Positions 32,349 through 41,813 of a DNA stretch of 64,000 nucleotides are shown piece by piece; the stretch's first letter is position 1, and every line of letters begins with the position of its first letter. The position numbers and the translations under genes were made by a program. The stretch is taken from contig CAVRVY010000001.1 in NCBI GenBank assembly GCA_963724765.1, positions 1,152,001 through 1,216,000 of the forward strand. The letters run 5' to 3'. Source of the DNA: an uncultured delta proteobacterium (GTDB lineage Bacteria > Desulfobacterota > Binatia > Binatales > Binataceae). Below the pieces are notes generated by a model. It was not told the origin of the DNA. It did no database searches and saw only the letters and a list, made by a program, of their open reading frames with translations.

Positions 32349-32852
32349 TCAGCGCGCGATAAAAGTTTCGCGGCAGGTCACGAGCGGACGGTCGGCAGCG
32401 TCGCGATAAATTTGCGTGACCTTGATCAGAAGCAGATCGCCGGAGCGTCCCTGCTTCAACTCGACGCCTTCCAGCCGCAATTCCATCGACACCCGCGTAC
32501 CGTCGGTCACCGGCGCGTGCAGCTCCAGGTCCTGGCCGCCGCCCATGATGCGCATTCCTTCCAGCGGCAGGAATGCGAACTCGTGGCTGGTGGTGCCATC
32601 GGGGCGCAGCGAATCCTGCGGCGGTCCGGCCTGCCAATTGCGCACCGAACTCAGAAACAGTGGCGGTGCGACGGCGTCGATGTAGCCGGCGGCCTTGGCT
32701 GACTCGGCCTCGAAGAACACCGGGTTGAGGTTGTCGGCGGCCACGGCGAAGCGCTGGAAGGCTTCCTTGCGAATAATGCCGAGGTCGGCCCTTTCGCTCC
32801 GCCCCACGTAACGTTTGAGTTCTTCGCAAAGATCAGGAATCGAGACGCTCAT
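32349..32852 (-). CDS. MaoC-like N-terminal (FAS1-like dehydratase) hot-dog subunit
   Basis: QRFAVA...NPVFF...AKAAGY..VAPPLF, MGGGQDLELHAPV. Confidence 0.82.
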   Translation of the reverse strand: MSVSIPDLCEELKRYVGRSERADLGIIRKEAFQRFAVAADNLNPVFFEAESAKAAGYIDAVAPPLFLSSVRNWQAGPPQDSLRPDGTTSHEFAFLPLEGMRIMGGGQDLELHAPVTDGTRVSMELRLEGVELKQGRSGDLLLIKVTQIYRDAADRPLVTCRETFIAR

Positions 32853-32880
32853 GAGCCGGGTCTCCTTTCAGTTACGCCAT

Positions 32881-34026
32881 TCAGTCTCGCGATGACTGGC
32901 CGAGCATGTTTCGCGCGATCATCCAGCGATGGATTTCGGCGGTGCCGTGGCCGATTCGCCACACGCGCACCTGGCGGAAGAAACTCTGGATCGGCAATTC
33001 GCGCGTGTAGCCGAGGCCGCCGAAAATCTGGATGCAGCGGTCGGTGACGCGCTGCGCCATCTCGGTCGCGTAGAGCTTGGCGATGAAGGCCTCGTTGCGG
33101 ATTTTTTGCTTGGCGTCGGCCATCCAGCCGGCCCGGTAAACCAGCAGCCGCGCCGCCTCCAGCTCGACCTCCGAGTCGGCCAGCATCCACTGGATCGCCT
33201 GCCGGCTGGCGATCGGTTTGCCCCAGGTGGTGCGCTGCTTGGCCCATTCGACCGCGAGATCGATCGAGCGCTGAGCGATGCCGAGCTGGAATGCGCCGAT
33301 CTTCAGCCGCCCGTGAGTGAGCTGGTAATCCGCCACCGCGAAGCCGCCGTCGGCTTCGCCCAATCGGTTCGCGTCGGGAACGACGCAATCGGTGAATTGC
33401 AGCTCATGGGGGTCCCAATTGTCGCCCATCGTGGGAATCTCGCGCGCGATTTTGAAGCCCGGCGTGCCCATCTCGACCAGGAAGCAGGTGATTCCTCTCG
33501 ATCCGGCCTTAGGATTGGAGGTCGTGAACAGGATGACAAAGTCGGCGCCCTCGACGTACGAGATGAAGGTTTTGGTGCCGTTGATGATCCATCGATCTCC
33601 GTCGCGGACGGCGGCGGTGCGGATGCGCGCGAAATCCGATCCGGCGTCGGGCTCAGTGAAGGCGTAGCAACTATGCTTTTCGCCGTTGATGATCGGATAA
33701 AAGAACCGCTGCTTTTGCTCGTCGTTGCACAGGTAGAGCGCCGGCTCCGGGCTCCCACCGAATTCGAACATCGCGGGATGCTTGAACAGCTCCTCGTTGA
33801 TGAGACACATCGCGAGCTGGCCCACGTCGAGTCCGCCGTACTCAGCCGGCACTTCGAGTGCCCAGAACCCGGCCTCGCGCCCCTTGCGCTCGAGAGCGTG
33901 GCGGACCTCGATATCGAGTTTGCCCTTGATCAGGAATTCCTTCTCTAGGGGCATCAGCTCCTTTTCGCGGAACTGGCGAACACTGTCGACCATCATGCGA
34001 TGCTCTTCGGTAATTGCGAAATCCAT
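32881..34026 (-). CDS. Acyl-CoA dehydrogenase fold protein, atypical active site
   Basis: FTEPDAGSD, INGTKTFIS, QIFGGLGY; IGHGT in place of IYEGT. Confidence 0.9.
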   Translation of the reverse strand: MDFAITEEHRMMVDSVRQFREKELMPLEKEFLIKGKLDIEVRHALERKGREAGFWALEVPAEYGGLDVGQLAMCLINEELFKHPAMFEFGGSPEPALYLCNDEQKQRFFYPIINGEKHSCYAFTEPDAGSDFARIRTAAVRDGDRWIINGTKTFISYVEGADFVILFTTSNPKAGSRGITCFLVEMGTPGFKIAREIPTMGDNWDPHELQFTDCVVPDANRLGEADGGFAVADYQLTHGRLKIGAFQLGIAQRSIDLAVEWAKQRTTWGKPIASRQAIQWMLADSEVELEAARLLVYRAGWMADAKQKIRNEAFIAKLYATEMAQRVTDRCIQIFGGLGYTRELPIQSFFRQVRVWRIGHGTAEIHRWMIARNMLGQSSRD

Positions 34027-34171
34027 ATGCTCCTCCCCATTTGATATGGGTGACGAATATTGAGCGCGGCGAGAGCTTTTTGGCAAGCGGAATTGCCTTG
34101 AGCAAAACCCGCAAGTTCGCCATCCTGAAGGCGCGCAGAGCAGGGCACTCGAGAAAAACGGGAGAAACAAG

Positions 34172-34957
34172 ATGACGGAATCGAGATATGGCGATGTGTC
34201 GGTCGCGGTGAAGGATTACGTGGGATGCGTCGAGATGCACCGGCCGCCGCACAATTTTTTTGACGTTCAGCTCATCCGCGACCTTGCCAATGCGTTCAAC
34301 GCACTGGATGAAGATCCCGCCTGCCGCGCGTCGGTGCTATGCGCCGAAGGCAGGTCGTTCTGCGCCGGCGCCAACTTCGCGAATCGCGCCGCGACCGGAG
34401 TCGAAGCCGGCACCGAGAAGCGCAACCCGCTTTATTCCGAGGCGGTGCGGCTCTTCAGTTCCAGGAAGCCGATGGTGGGAGCAATCCAGGGACCGGCAAT
34501 CGGCGGCGGCCTCGGACTAGCGCTGGTGCCGGACTTCCGGGTCACTTCGCCCGAGGCGCGTTTCGCCGCGAACTTCGTCAAAATCGGATTCCATCCGGGC
34601 TTCGGACTCACCTACACCCTGCCGCGGCTGATCGGAGTCCAGAGAGCCAATCTGCTGTTTCTTACGGGCCGGCGTATCAATGGCGAGGAGGCGTTCGCGT
34701 GGGGGCTCGCCGACGTATTGGTCGCGCCGGAGCGCCTGCGCGAGGCGGCGATGAAGCTTGCGGCCGAGATTGCCGAGAACGCACCGCTGGCCGTGAACTC
34801 GACCCGCGCCACGGTCCGCCGGGGACTGGCTGAGGCCGTGCGAGCGCAGACCGATATCGAGTTCGTCGAGCAGGATTGGCTGATGCGCACCGAGGACCAT
34901 CGCGAGGGTATCAAGGCGGTTGCCGAACGGCGCCCCGGCAACTTCATCGGAAAGTAA
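34172..34957 (+). CDS. Enoyl-CoA hydratase/isomerase (crotonase) family protein
   Basis: SFCAGAN, GPAIGGGLGLAL..DFR, TGRRINGEEA, DHREGIKA. Confidence 0.92.
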   Translation: MTESRYGDVSVAVKDYVGCVEMHRPPHNFFDVQLIRDLANAFNALDEDPACRASVLCAEGRSFCAGANFANRAATGVEAGTEKRNPLYSEAVRLFSSRKPMVGAIQGPAIGGGLGLALVPDFRVTSPEARFAANFVKIGFHPGFGLTYTLPRLIGVQRANLLFLTGRRINGEEAFAWGLADVLVAPERLREAAMKLAAEIAENAPLAVNSTRATVRRGLAEAVRAQTDIEFVEQDWLMRTEDHREGIKAVAERRPGNFIGK

Positions 34958-34991
34958 GGGGAAAGTCCGGGCAGACGCAGTGGCCGGGCAG

Positions 34992-36968
34992 CTAACGGCC
35001 CACCGACGACGCCGCCGCGGCATTGAGGTAGCGCTCCACATCTTCGGCCAGCAGCAGCCGTTCGTTTTGCAGCTCGGCAGCGGCGCGTGCGACGGCATTG
35101 ACGTATTGCTCATGGCTGGGATAGCGCTCTTCGAGGGAGAGCCGCGGATCGCCCGTTTCACGACGTTCCTTTGCGGTAGCCGCGAATGGAATGTAGAAAC
35201 CCACCACCATCAAGGCCCCCTCGGCGAAGCCCGCGCTCCGTATATTCCAACCGGTCCGCGTACCCAGCGGCACGGCGATGTCGGGCAGGCGTATTCCCGC
35301 GATCTCGTTGCCGTCCGCGTCGACCTTGGGTACCAGGACCGGGTAGTCGCGGCCGGGAATCGGCCTGGGCGGCTGCTGGCTGTAGTCGAGGTCGCACAAG
35401 CCGTTGAAGAGTCCCGTGTAGTGCAGGCCCGGAATATCGGGATATTCCAGTCCCGTCCCATCCGATGGAGGCACAAGCGTTCCCTCACCGGAGCGCGGAA
35501 ACCGGCTTGCCGGCGGCGGCGTTCCGCGGCTGACCCATTCCTGCAGCGCCACTAACAACGCTCGATTCAAAGAACTGTAGTTGAGACGATTAAGCGGGTA
35601 AGCGTGGTTCTGGAAAAACATCCCGCTGTGCATCAACATCGCAGTTCCTGCGTGCTGCGTACCGGCGAACAAATAAAGACGGACCTGATCGGGCAGCGCT
35701 ATATCCTTGCCGCTTTCGTCGCTAACGAGCAGAGAGCCGCGCCCTTGCCAGAACTCGGTGCTGGAATCGACGTGCATGATCTTGGGACAGGTGTTGGAAG
35801 CCAGGCAGCGGGCCAGAATGCCATCGGTCTTTGCGCTAATCGGATCAAAGCGAGTCGCATAGGTAAATGGGAACTGATCGCCGGGAAACAGATGGTCTTC
35901 GTGCTGCCGATTAAATCGCCCTGGCTGGGAAAACGGGGAGTTGAGGAAAATTCGCCGAGAGCCCGCGAGGCTGGCGTACACTGCGTCGAAAACCCGGCGG
36001 CCCCCCGGCTCCTGATTGAATCCCAGACGCAGGAACTCGCGCAGGAAGCGCCCCGGCTGCGATCTCCCATGGGCCACGGCGCTATCGATAGCGGGGCCGC
36101 TCGTATCGAGATTGAGCGGGTTGGGCCGCCCGCTATCGTCGGCCGCCGCATAGCGCATGAACGCTACCAGGTCGCGGACGGCGGCGAATCCGAGGCCCAT
36201 CACGAGCGGGTCGCGAGCGGGGTAGATGAACTCGTATATGGCGCCCGCGTCAAAGCCATCAGCCAGCATGATCTCGAGCCTGGTCGGTGAGAGGTAACGC
36301 CATTGCCGCGGTGGAACCGGGACCCGCGGGTCTTTCTCGTATTGTCGGACCGTAAGTGTCGCAGGGCTCTGCTCCAGGGTATTGGCAGGATAAGTGAGCG
36401 GCGCGATTACGGAGCCCCCGCTCTGACCGAAGACGAATTCCTCTCTCGATTTTTCGACGATCGGAGTTCCATTGTTGGTCGCAACCGGAAAGCCCGCGAG
36501 CATATGGCCTTCTTCGGGCGCTACATCTCCTTGCCACGCGCTGAACAGGATCACGTAGCCCTGTCGCATCAGGAAGCCGTTGCCGGCATCCGCAGCCGTC
36601 GCCAGAACGTTCGAACCGGGGCCCTTCGGCGCGTCGTTCATGTCGACCAGGGCAAGCTTATCGCCGCGATTGGGCGCGTCGTATAGAAGGTGAAGATTGC
36701 TTTTGCGGATATCGACCGGTTTCAACAGACAGAAATCCACCCAGTATTCGACCCGGCCGGCGGCGTTCCGGGGCGCGTTGCCAAGGTTGACGATTTCAGC
36801 ATTGAGCGGATGGGATGGATCAATTTCGCCGAATGCTCGGCCTACGATCTTTTCGTAAGGTCCGACACCGCCGAATGACATCCCATCAAAAGCGCTTTCG
36901 ACGCGGCCGATCTCTATTTTCACACGTGCCCCCGCAAGCGTTGCACTTACGCGCAAGCGGCGTACCAT
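34992..36968 (-). CDS. Large alpha/beta-hydrolase-domain protein
   Basis: FGGVGPYEKI, NRG, GLGFAAVRDLVAF, GRSQPGRFLR elbow, VDADGNEIAGIRLP, DPRLSLEERY. Confidence 0.8.
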   Translation of the reverse strand: MVRRLRVSATLAGARVKIEIGRVESAFDGMSFGGVGPYEKIVGRAFGEIDPSHPLNAEIVNLGNAPRNAAGRVEYWVDFCLLKPVDIRKSNLHLLYDAPNRGDKLALVDMNDAPKGPGSNVLATAADAGNGFLMRQGYVILFSAWQGDVAPEEGHMLAGFPVATNNGTPIVEKSREEFVFGQSGGSVIAPLTYPANTLEQSPATLTVRQYEKDPRVPVPPRQWRYLSPTRLEIMLADGFDAGAIYEFIYPARDPLVMGLGFAAVRDLVAFMRYAAADDSGRPNPLNLDTSGPAIDSAVAHGRSQPGRFLREFLRLGFNQEPGGRRVFDAVYASLAGSRRIFLNSPFSQPGRFNRQHEDHLFPGDQFPFTYATRFDPISAKTDGILARCLASNTCPKIMHVDSSTEFWQGRGSLLVSDESGKDIALPDQVRLYLFAGTQHAGTAMLMHSGMFFQNHAYPLNRLNYSSLNRALLVALQEWVSRGTPPPASRFPRSGEGTLVPPSDGTGLEYPDIPGLHYTGLFNGLCDLDYSQQPPRPIPGRDYPVLVPKVDADGNEIAGIRLPDIAVPLGTRTGWNIRSAGFAEGALMVVGFYIPFAATAKERRETGDPRLSLEERYPSHEQYVNAVARAAAELQNERLLLAEDVERYLNAAAASSVGR

Positions 36969-37122
36969 AACACATTTTCGCCGAGGATTGGTTAGTGCGT
37001 GGGCCGCTCCGTCTCAAACTGGCCGCGCAGGCATGCATGATCGTGATTGAAAGTCGGATCGGAATATGGTGTCATTCGCGCCATAGCCAATAGTCGATCG
37101 GGCGACACGGAGGAGGAACGAG

Positions 37123-38367
37123 ATGGCGACTCCAAAGGTCATCGTCCAGCTGTATCCAGTACTGCCTGCCGAGGACCGCGCGGATCGTGAACGCAGGCGC
37201 CCGCTCGGACGCAACAGCGAGCTCTATCACCGCGTGCTCCATGAATCGCTCGGTCTCGTCAAAGCGATTGACGAAATGGGCGTTTGGGGCATCAGCACCA
37301 TCGAGCATCATCTCCATTCCGAGGGCTATGAACTCGGGCCCAATCCGGGTGTGCTGAACGCATGGTGGGCCAGCCAGGTGAAGCGCGCGTACCTGGGCGC
37401 GCTGGGCTACGTCATGGCGACCCGCGACCCCATCCGCGTCGCCGAGGAAACTGCCATCCTCGACCACATGACCAACGGCCGCTTCTTCGTGGGCGTGACC
37501 CGCGGCTACCAGGCACGCTGGACCAATATCCTCGGCCAGCATATCAATGCCGTTGCGACGCTTTCTGATGGCAGCGCGGATGACGTGAAGAACCGTGAGC
37601 TCTTTGAAGAGCGCACCCTGATGCTACTGAAGTGCTGGGAGCAGGACTCGATCGAAGTCAAACAACCCCATTACGAGATTCCCTATCCGTATGAGACCGG
37701 CGTACGGGGTTATCCGGCGTGGAAGAGCGCACAGACCGCCGGCGCTGCAGGTGAAGTCGGACCCGACGGCAGCATCAGGCGAGTGAGCGTGGTGCCAAGT
37801 CCCTACACGCGGCCACATCCTCCGGTCTTCGCCGCGATGAGCGGCAGCGCGAGCTCGATCCCGTTCCTGGCTCGCCATGGCTTCCGGCCGACTTACTTCA
37901 CCGGCCTCGACAACGTGCTTCAGTTGGCACAGATTTACGCCGCTGAGGCGCAGGCCGCCGGATTGCCATTCACCCTGGGACAACGGCAAAACATCGTGCG
38001 TTGGATTCATGTCGGCCGAAACGAGCAGGAATTCAATGACAAATTGATGAGCTACGATTACGAGATGTATGCGCACTTCTACACCGCGTTCTTTTCCAAG
38101 CTGGTGCAGTACACCGATGTGGCGGCCACCCTGCAGGGCATGAAAGATAGTGGCATCTTCCTGGGTGGTACGGTGGAGCAGCTAAAGCAGCAGTGGCGTC
38201 ATATCTACGCCACCCTGCCCGCCGAATACATCACACTCATCTGGCATTACGCACAGTGCCCCAAAGAGGTAGTGCTCGATGAGCTCGACACGTTCATGAC
38301 CAAGGTGCTTCCCGAGCTCGACGCGCCATCGTCAACCGAACATATTGCCGAGGCTCATGCGCCATGA
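37123..38367 (+). CDS. LLM-class (luciferase-like) flavin-dependent oxidoreductase
   Basis: IEHHLHSEG, DPIRVAEETAILDHMTNGRFFVGVTRGYQ, PYTRPHPP; GGAGGA RBS. Confidence 0.9.
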   Translation: MATPKVIVQLYPVLPAEDRADRERRRPLGRNSELYHRVLHESLGLVKAIDEMGVWGISTIEHHLHSEGYELGPNPGVLNAWWASQVKRAYLGALGYVMATRDPIRVAEETAILDHMTNGRFFVGVTRGYQARWTNILGQHINAVATLSDGSADDVKNRELFEERTLMLLKCWEQDSIEVKQPHYEIPYPYETGVRGYPAWKSAQTAGAAGEVGPDGSIRRVSVVPSPYTRPHPPVFAAMSGSASSIPFLARHGFRPTYFTGLDNVLQLAQIYAAEAQAAGLPFTLGQRQNIVRWIHVGRNEQEFNDKLMSYDYEMYAHFYTAFFSKLVQYTDVAATLQGMKDSGIFLGGTVEQLKQQWRHIYATLPAEYITLIWHYAQCPKEVVLDELDTFMTKVLPELDAPSSTEHIAEAHAP

Positions 38368-38455
38368 TCCATGGCCGGCGGCGCACTCCAAGCGCGATTC
38401 TGGTTGTGGGCCCTCAAAATTTACGACGTTCCCTTCAACGTGGGGAATCGGCGCG

Positions 38456-39625
38456 CTAGGATTCGCAACCGTACACGCGCATCACGTTGTCGCCCAGCAC
38501 CTTGCGCCGCGCTCCGTCGCTGAGCTTGGCGGCCATCTCTTCCAGCTCTTCGATATAGCCGCCGGTGTGGTCGGGATGAGGAAAATCGGAAGCCCAGAAA
38601 AACTTGTCCTCGCCGCATAGCTCGACCATCGCGGGCAACGCGTGTTCGTCAGGATCGGCGGAGACCCAGCATTGTCGCTGGAAGTATTCGCTCGGCTTGT
38701 GGAGCAGCGGTATCGCGCGTCCGACCAGCGTCTCGTACACCGCGTCGAGCCGGTCGAGCCAGTAACTCACCCATCCGCCGCCGACTTCGAGCACCACCAG
38801 CTTGAGGCGGGGGAACCGGTCGAAAGTGCCGAAATGAAAAAAGCTGGTGAAGGCGTGGCGAATGGCGTCCGAGGCGGTGACGTTGAGGAACATCGGATGC
38901 TCGCGCACGTATTTGTAATCGTACCGGCCGGGCAGCGCCCATACGGGCTCAAGCGTCGGATGAAGTCCGAAGGGGACACCGAGGTCCTGCGCTCTGGCGA
39001 AGAGCACGTCGTGATCGGGATGGGCGTGCGGTTTGTGGGTCATGGTGAATTGCGCGACCCACGCGCCTTTGCATCCGTCGCGCACCGCGCGCTCCAACTC
39101 GTTGGCGGCGGCCTCGGGGTCGCCGAGCGAGAGATGGGCGATCGGCACCAGGCGTCCGCCGCTGTCGGCGCAGAAATCGACGATCCAGCGGTTGTAGGCT
39201 CGCGTGTAAGCCTGCGCCAACTCGACGTCCTCGCACTCGGTCTCCCAGAACAGACTCAAGGTTGGATAGAGAAAGGCGGCTCGCAGACCCTCGAGGTCGA
39301 GCCGCGTCACGCGGTCGCGCGCGTCGAACGCGCCGAGCGGAGGATCGTCGCCATAGCTAAGCCGCTCGATTTCGCGATGCTGGTCGCGCGGCGTGCCCAT
39401 CGAGCACATGCGCGCGAACACCGGCCCGCGGGTGATTTTCGAAGGCCGTCCCGCGATTTCCAGGTACTGCGTGCCGCGATCGTCGCGCTTGATCCGCAGC
39501 GCCATCGGCTTGTACTTCGCCTCCAGGTAGTTCTCCCACAGGTCCGCCGCCTCCAGGATATGCCCGTCGGCGTCGACCGCGCCCTCGAAGCGAAGCTTGC
39601 GAATCCGATCGTACTTTGCCGCCAT
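38456..39625 (-). CDS. Amidohydrolase family 2 protein
   Basis: VDADGHILE, LYPT, AYNRWIVDFC, LEVGGGW, WASDFPHPD. Confidence 0.92.
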   Translation of the reverse strand: MAAKYDRIRKLRFEGAVDADGHILEAADLWENYLEAKYKPMALRIKRDDRGTQYLEIAGRPSKITRGPVFARMCSMGTPRDQHREIERLSYGDDPPLGAFDARDRVTRLDLEGLRAAFLYPTLSLFWETECEDVELAQAYTRAYNRWIVDFCADSGGRLVPIAHLSLGDPEAAANELERAVRDGCKGAWVAQFTMTHKPHAHPDHDVLFARAQDLGVPFGLHPTLEPVWALPGRYDYKYVREHPMFLNVTASDAIRHAFTSFFHFGTFDRFPRLKLVVLEVGGGWVSYWLDRLDAVYETLVGRAIPLLHKPSEYFQRQCWVSADPDEHALPAMVELCGEDKFFWASDFPHPDHTGGYIEELEEMAAKLSDGARRKVLGDNVMRVYGCES

Positions 39626-39691
39626 TTGATTGAGTCTCCCGCGCCTGGGCGCCGCTATCCAGCACGTCGCCTGGAGCCGTGGTTTGCGCCC

Positions 39692-40576
39692 TCAGAGTTC
39701 GAGCGCGCTGCCCGTGCCGACGGCGGTCTTGGTGCCGTCTGACTTCTCGCACCATACTTCGACTTCGGCCCGCGTGCGCGCGCCTTCGCGCCGATGCTCC
39801 AAAATGCGGCCGCGCGCGGCGCTGGTTTCGTTGGCCCACAGCACGTTGACCAGGCGCACATCGAAACGTCCGCCACACAGGAAGCCGACTCCGAACCGCC
39901 GCGTCATCATCGCGCCGGCCAGACATACCGACAGCATCCCCTGCACCACGATCTCCGGGAAGCCGAGCTCGCGCGCCGCTTCACGATCGGTGTGGTAGTT
40001 GCGCGCCGGCCCCGAGAACGCCATGCACATCGCTTCACTGACGTGAATCATCGGCGACTCGATAGGCTCGCCGCCACGCTCTCCGACCTTGAAGGTGCGA
40101 GCCGCATCGCGCTCGCGCGACTTATCGACCGCGAACGAACCGGCCGCATGCTCGGGGAGCAGGAAGCTCTGATGGGTGCGGCCGCGTGTCACCACCCGCC
40201 CGCTGGAGTCGAAGATCAGCGTCTCGTTGACCACATACTCGCGGTCGCGCTTGATGTAGCGCTCGACGATGACGGATCGCGAGTGCAGCCGATCGCCCAC
40301 CATCACTGGCGCGAGAAAGTCGAATTCCTGGCGCGCGTGCAGGTTGCCGTAGAGGTTGGGCAGGTACCAGTCATGCGTGTGGAAGACCGCCGAATGCACG
40401 ATCAGCGCCGGCGCCACCGGGCCGCCGAGCGGCGAGCGTCCGCGATACCACGGATTGTCGTCGCCGGTGCCCGCGATGTAGCGTTCGACCAGGTCTGGCG
40501 TGATTTCGTACTCGGCGCCACCATAATCGCGGCCTACATAGACCTCGCTCTCATTAAACACGTTCGTCGTTTCCAT
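39692..40576 (-). CDS. Double hot-dog MaoC-family dehydratase
   Basis: GDDNPWY...VAP and NYHTDREAARELGFPEIVVQGM halves. Confidence 0.85.
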   Translation of the reverse strand: METTNVFNESEVYVGRDYGGAEYEITPDLVERYIAGTGDDNPWYRGRSPLGGPVAPALIVHSAVFHTHDWYLPNLYGNLHARQEFDFLAPVMVGDRLHSRSVIVERYIKRDREYVVNETLIFDSSGRVVTRGRTHQSFLLPEHAAGSFAVDKSRERDAARTFKVGERGGEPIESPMIHVSEAMCMAFSGPARNYHTDREAARELGFPEIVVQGMLSVCLAGAMMTRRFGVGFLCGGRFDVRLVNVLWANETSAARGRILEHRREGARTRAEVEVWCEKSDGTKTAVGTGSALEL

Positions 40577-40597
40577 CGCGCTCCGCCTCGCCGGACT

Positions 40598-40996
40598 TCA
40601 GGCTTTTTTGATCTTTTTCTTCAGCCGCTCGTCGAACTTCGCGCGATCGGCCACCGCGCGGCTGTGCGTGCCGGTGCCGATCTCGTCCATTTCGTCTGTC
40701 GCGCGCACGCTGAACTCGACCCGCCGCCCCTCGACCTTGGTCACCTCGGCGTAGGCGGTAACCTTGTGCCCTTCGGGCGTGGCGGCGAGATGCTGAACGT
40801 TGACCACGACGCCGACCGACATCTCGCCGGGCTCCATGTACGGCTGCATCGCGTCAATCGCCGCCAGCTCCATCATCAGGCTCATCACGCAGGTGGCCAT
40901 CACCGGCGGCAGCGACGGCTCCATCGTGCCCGCCAGGTCCTTGTGTCCTACCGTCATACTGTAGCTGCCCTTGGTTCCCACCGGTATCGGTCGCAT
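40598..40996 (-). CDS. FlK-like thioesterase
   Basis: VMATCVMSLMMELAA, SVG..VNVQHLAATP, IGTGTHSR (Thr/Glu/His triad). Confidence 0.88.
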   Translation of the reverse strand: MRPIPVGTKGSYSMTVGHKDLAGTMEPSLPPVMATCVMSLMMELAAIDAMQPYMEPGEMSVGVVVNVQHLAATPEGHKVTAYAEVTKVEGRRVEFSVRATDEMDEIGTGTHSRAVADRAKFDERLKKKIKKA

Positions 40997-41022
40997 CGTA
41001 ACCTCCGCCTCGATAGGTCTGT

Positions 41023-41646
41023 TTACGCGGCGCGCGTGCGCCCAAGCTTCATCTGGTCGAGTTTTTTTATCACCCACTCGACGCGATCGTTGCCCCAGAA
41101 CAGCTCGCCCGCCACGTTGAAGGTGGGCACGCCGAACACGCCGTCACGCTCAGCTTCGGCGGCCGCGGCGCGCAGATCGCTCGGGCCGTCGCCATCCGCG
41201 TAGCCCCGGAAGTCCGCGGCATCGAGGCCGACTTCGTCCATCACAGTGGCGAGCGCGTCGAAATTCTCCAGATCGAGCTCGCGCTCGAAGAAGCGCTCGA
41301 ACACCCGATCGGCGTATGGGCGAAAGCGGCCGTGACGATCGGCATACAGCCCGCTTATCAGCGCGAGCCGCGAGTCGAAAATCTTTTGCGGACCGCGGAT
41401 GATCATCCGACGTTCGTTGGCGAAGCGGCGCATGTCCATATAGAGATAGCGCACCTTGTCCCAATCGCGCTGCGCGCGCTGTTCGAGCTCGCCGCCATAC
41501 GCCTCACGTATCGCGAGCTCTAGCGGTATGAAGCGCAGACGCACGCGATGGGTGTCTTCGAGCTTGTACGCCGGCTCCATCGCGAGGTACGTGAACGGGC
41601 TCTTGAAGTCGTAATAAAGTTTTATCGTCTCAGCGGCATCGGCCAT
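41023..41646 (-). CDS. DsbA-like/2-hydroxychromene-2-carboxylate isomerase (GST-kappa) family protein
   Basis: YYDFKSPFTYL, GVFGVPTF.V.GELFWGNDR. Confidence 0.9.
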   Translation of the reverse strand: MADAAETIKLYYDFKSPFTYLAMEPAYKLEDTHRVRLRFIPLELAIREAYGGELEQRAQRDWDKVRYLYMDMRRFANERRMIIRGPQKIFDSRLALISGLYADRHGRFRPYADRVFERFFERELDLENFDALATVMDEVGLDAADFRGYADGDGPSDLRAAAAEAERDGVFGVPTFNVAGELFWGNDRVEWVIKKLDQMKLGRTRAA

Positions 41647-41813
41647 GGTGACCACCAAATAACTGGATAGCCTAAAAGCGCGCGACGAAAAAGCGCGACG
41701 CATCGCCGATGAACTGGCGTAATCGCTGTCCCCGCTCGATTCGCCCGGCGCTGGATGCGAAAATAGTCGTTCGGCAGGCTGCATCGTCAGGATGTTCTTT
41801 TAGGGAGCCCGCT

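Noticed and set aside
31909-32829. Programmed frameshift fusing the two MaoC genes
   Set aside because: The downstream gene has its own ATG 2 bp after the upstream stop, no slippery site was seen, and the open alternative frame is explained by GC content.
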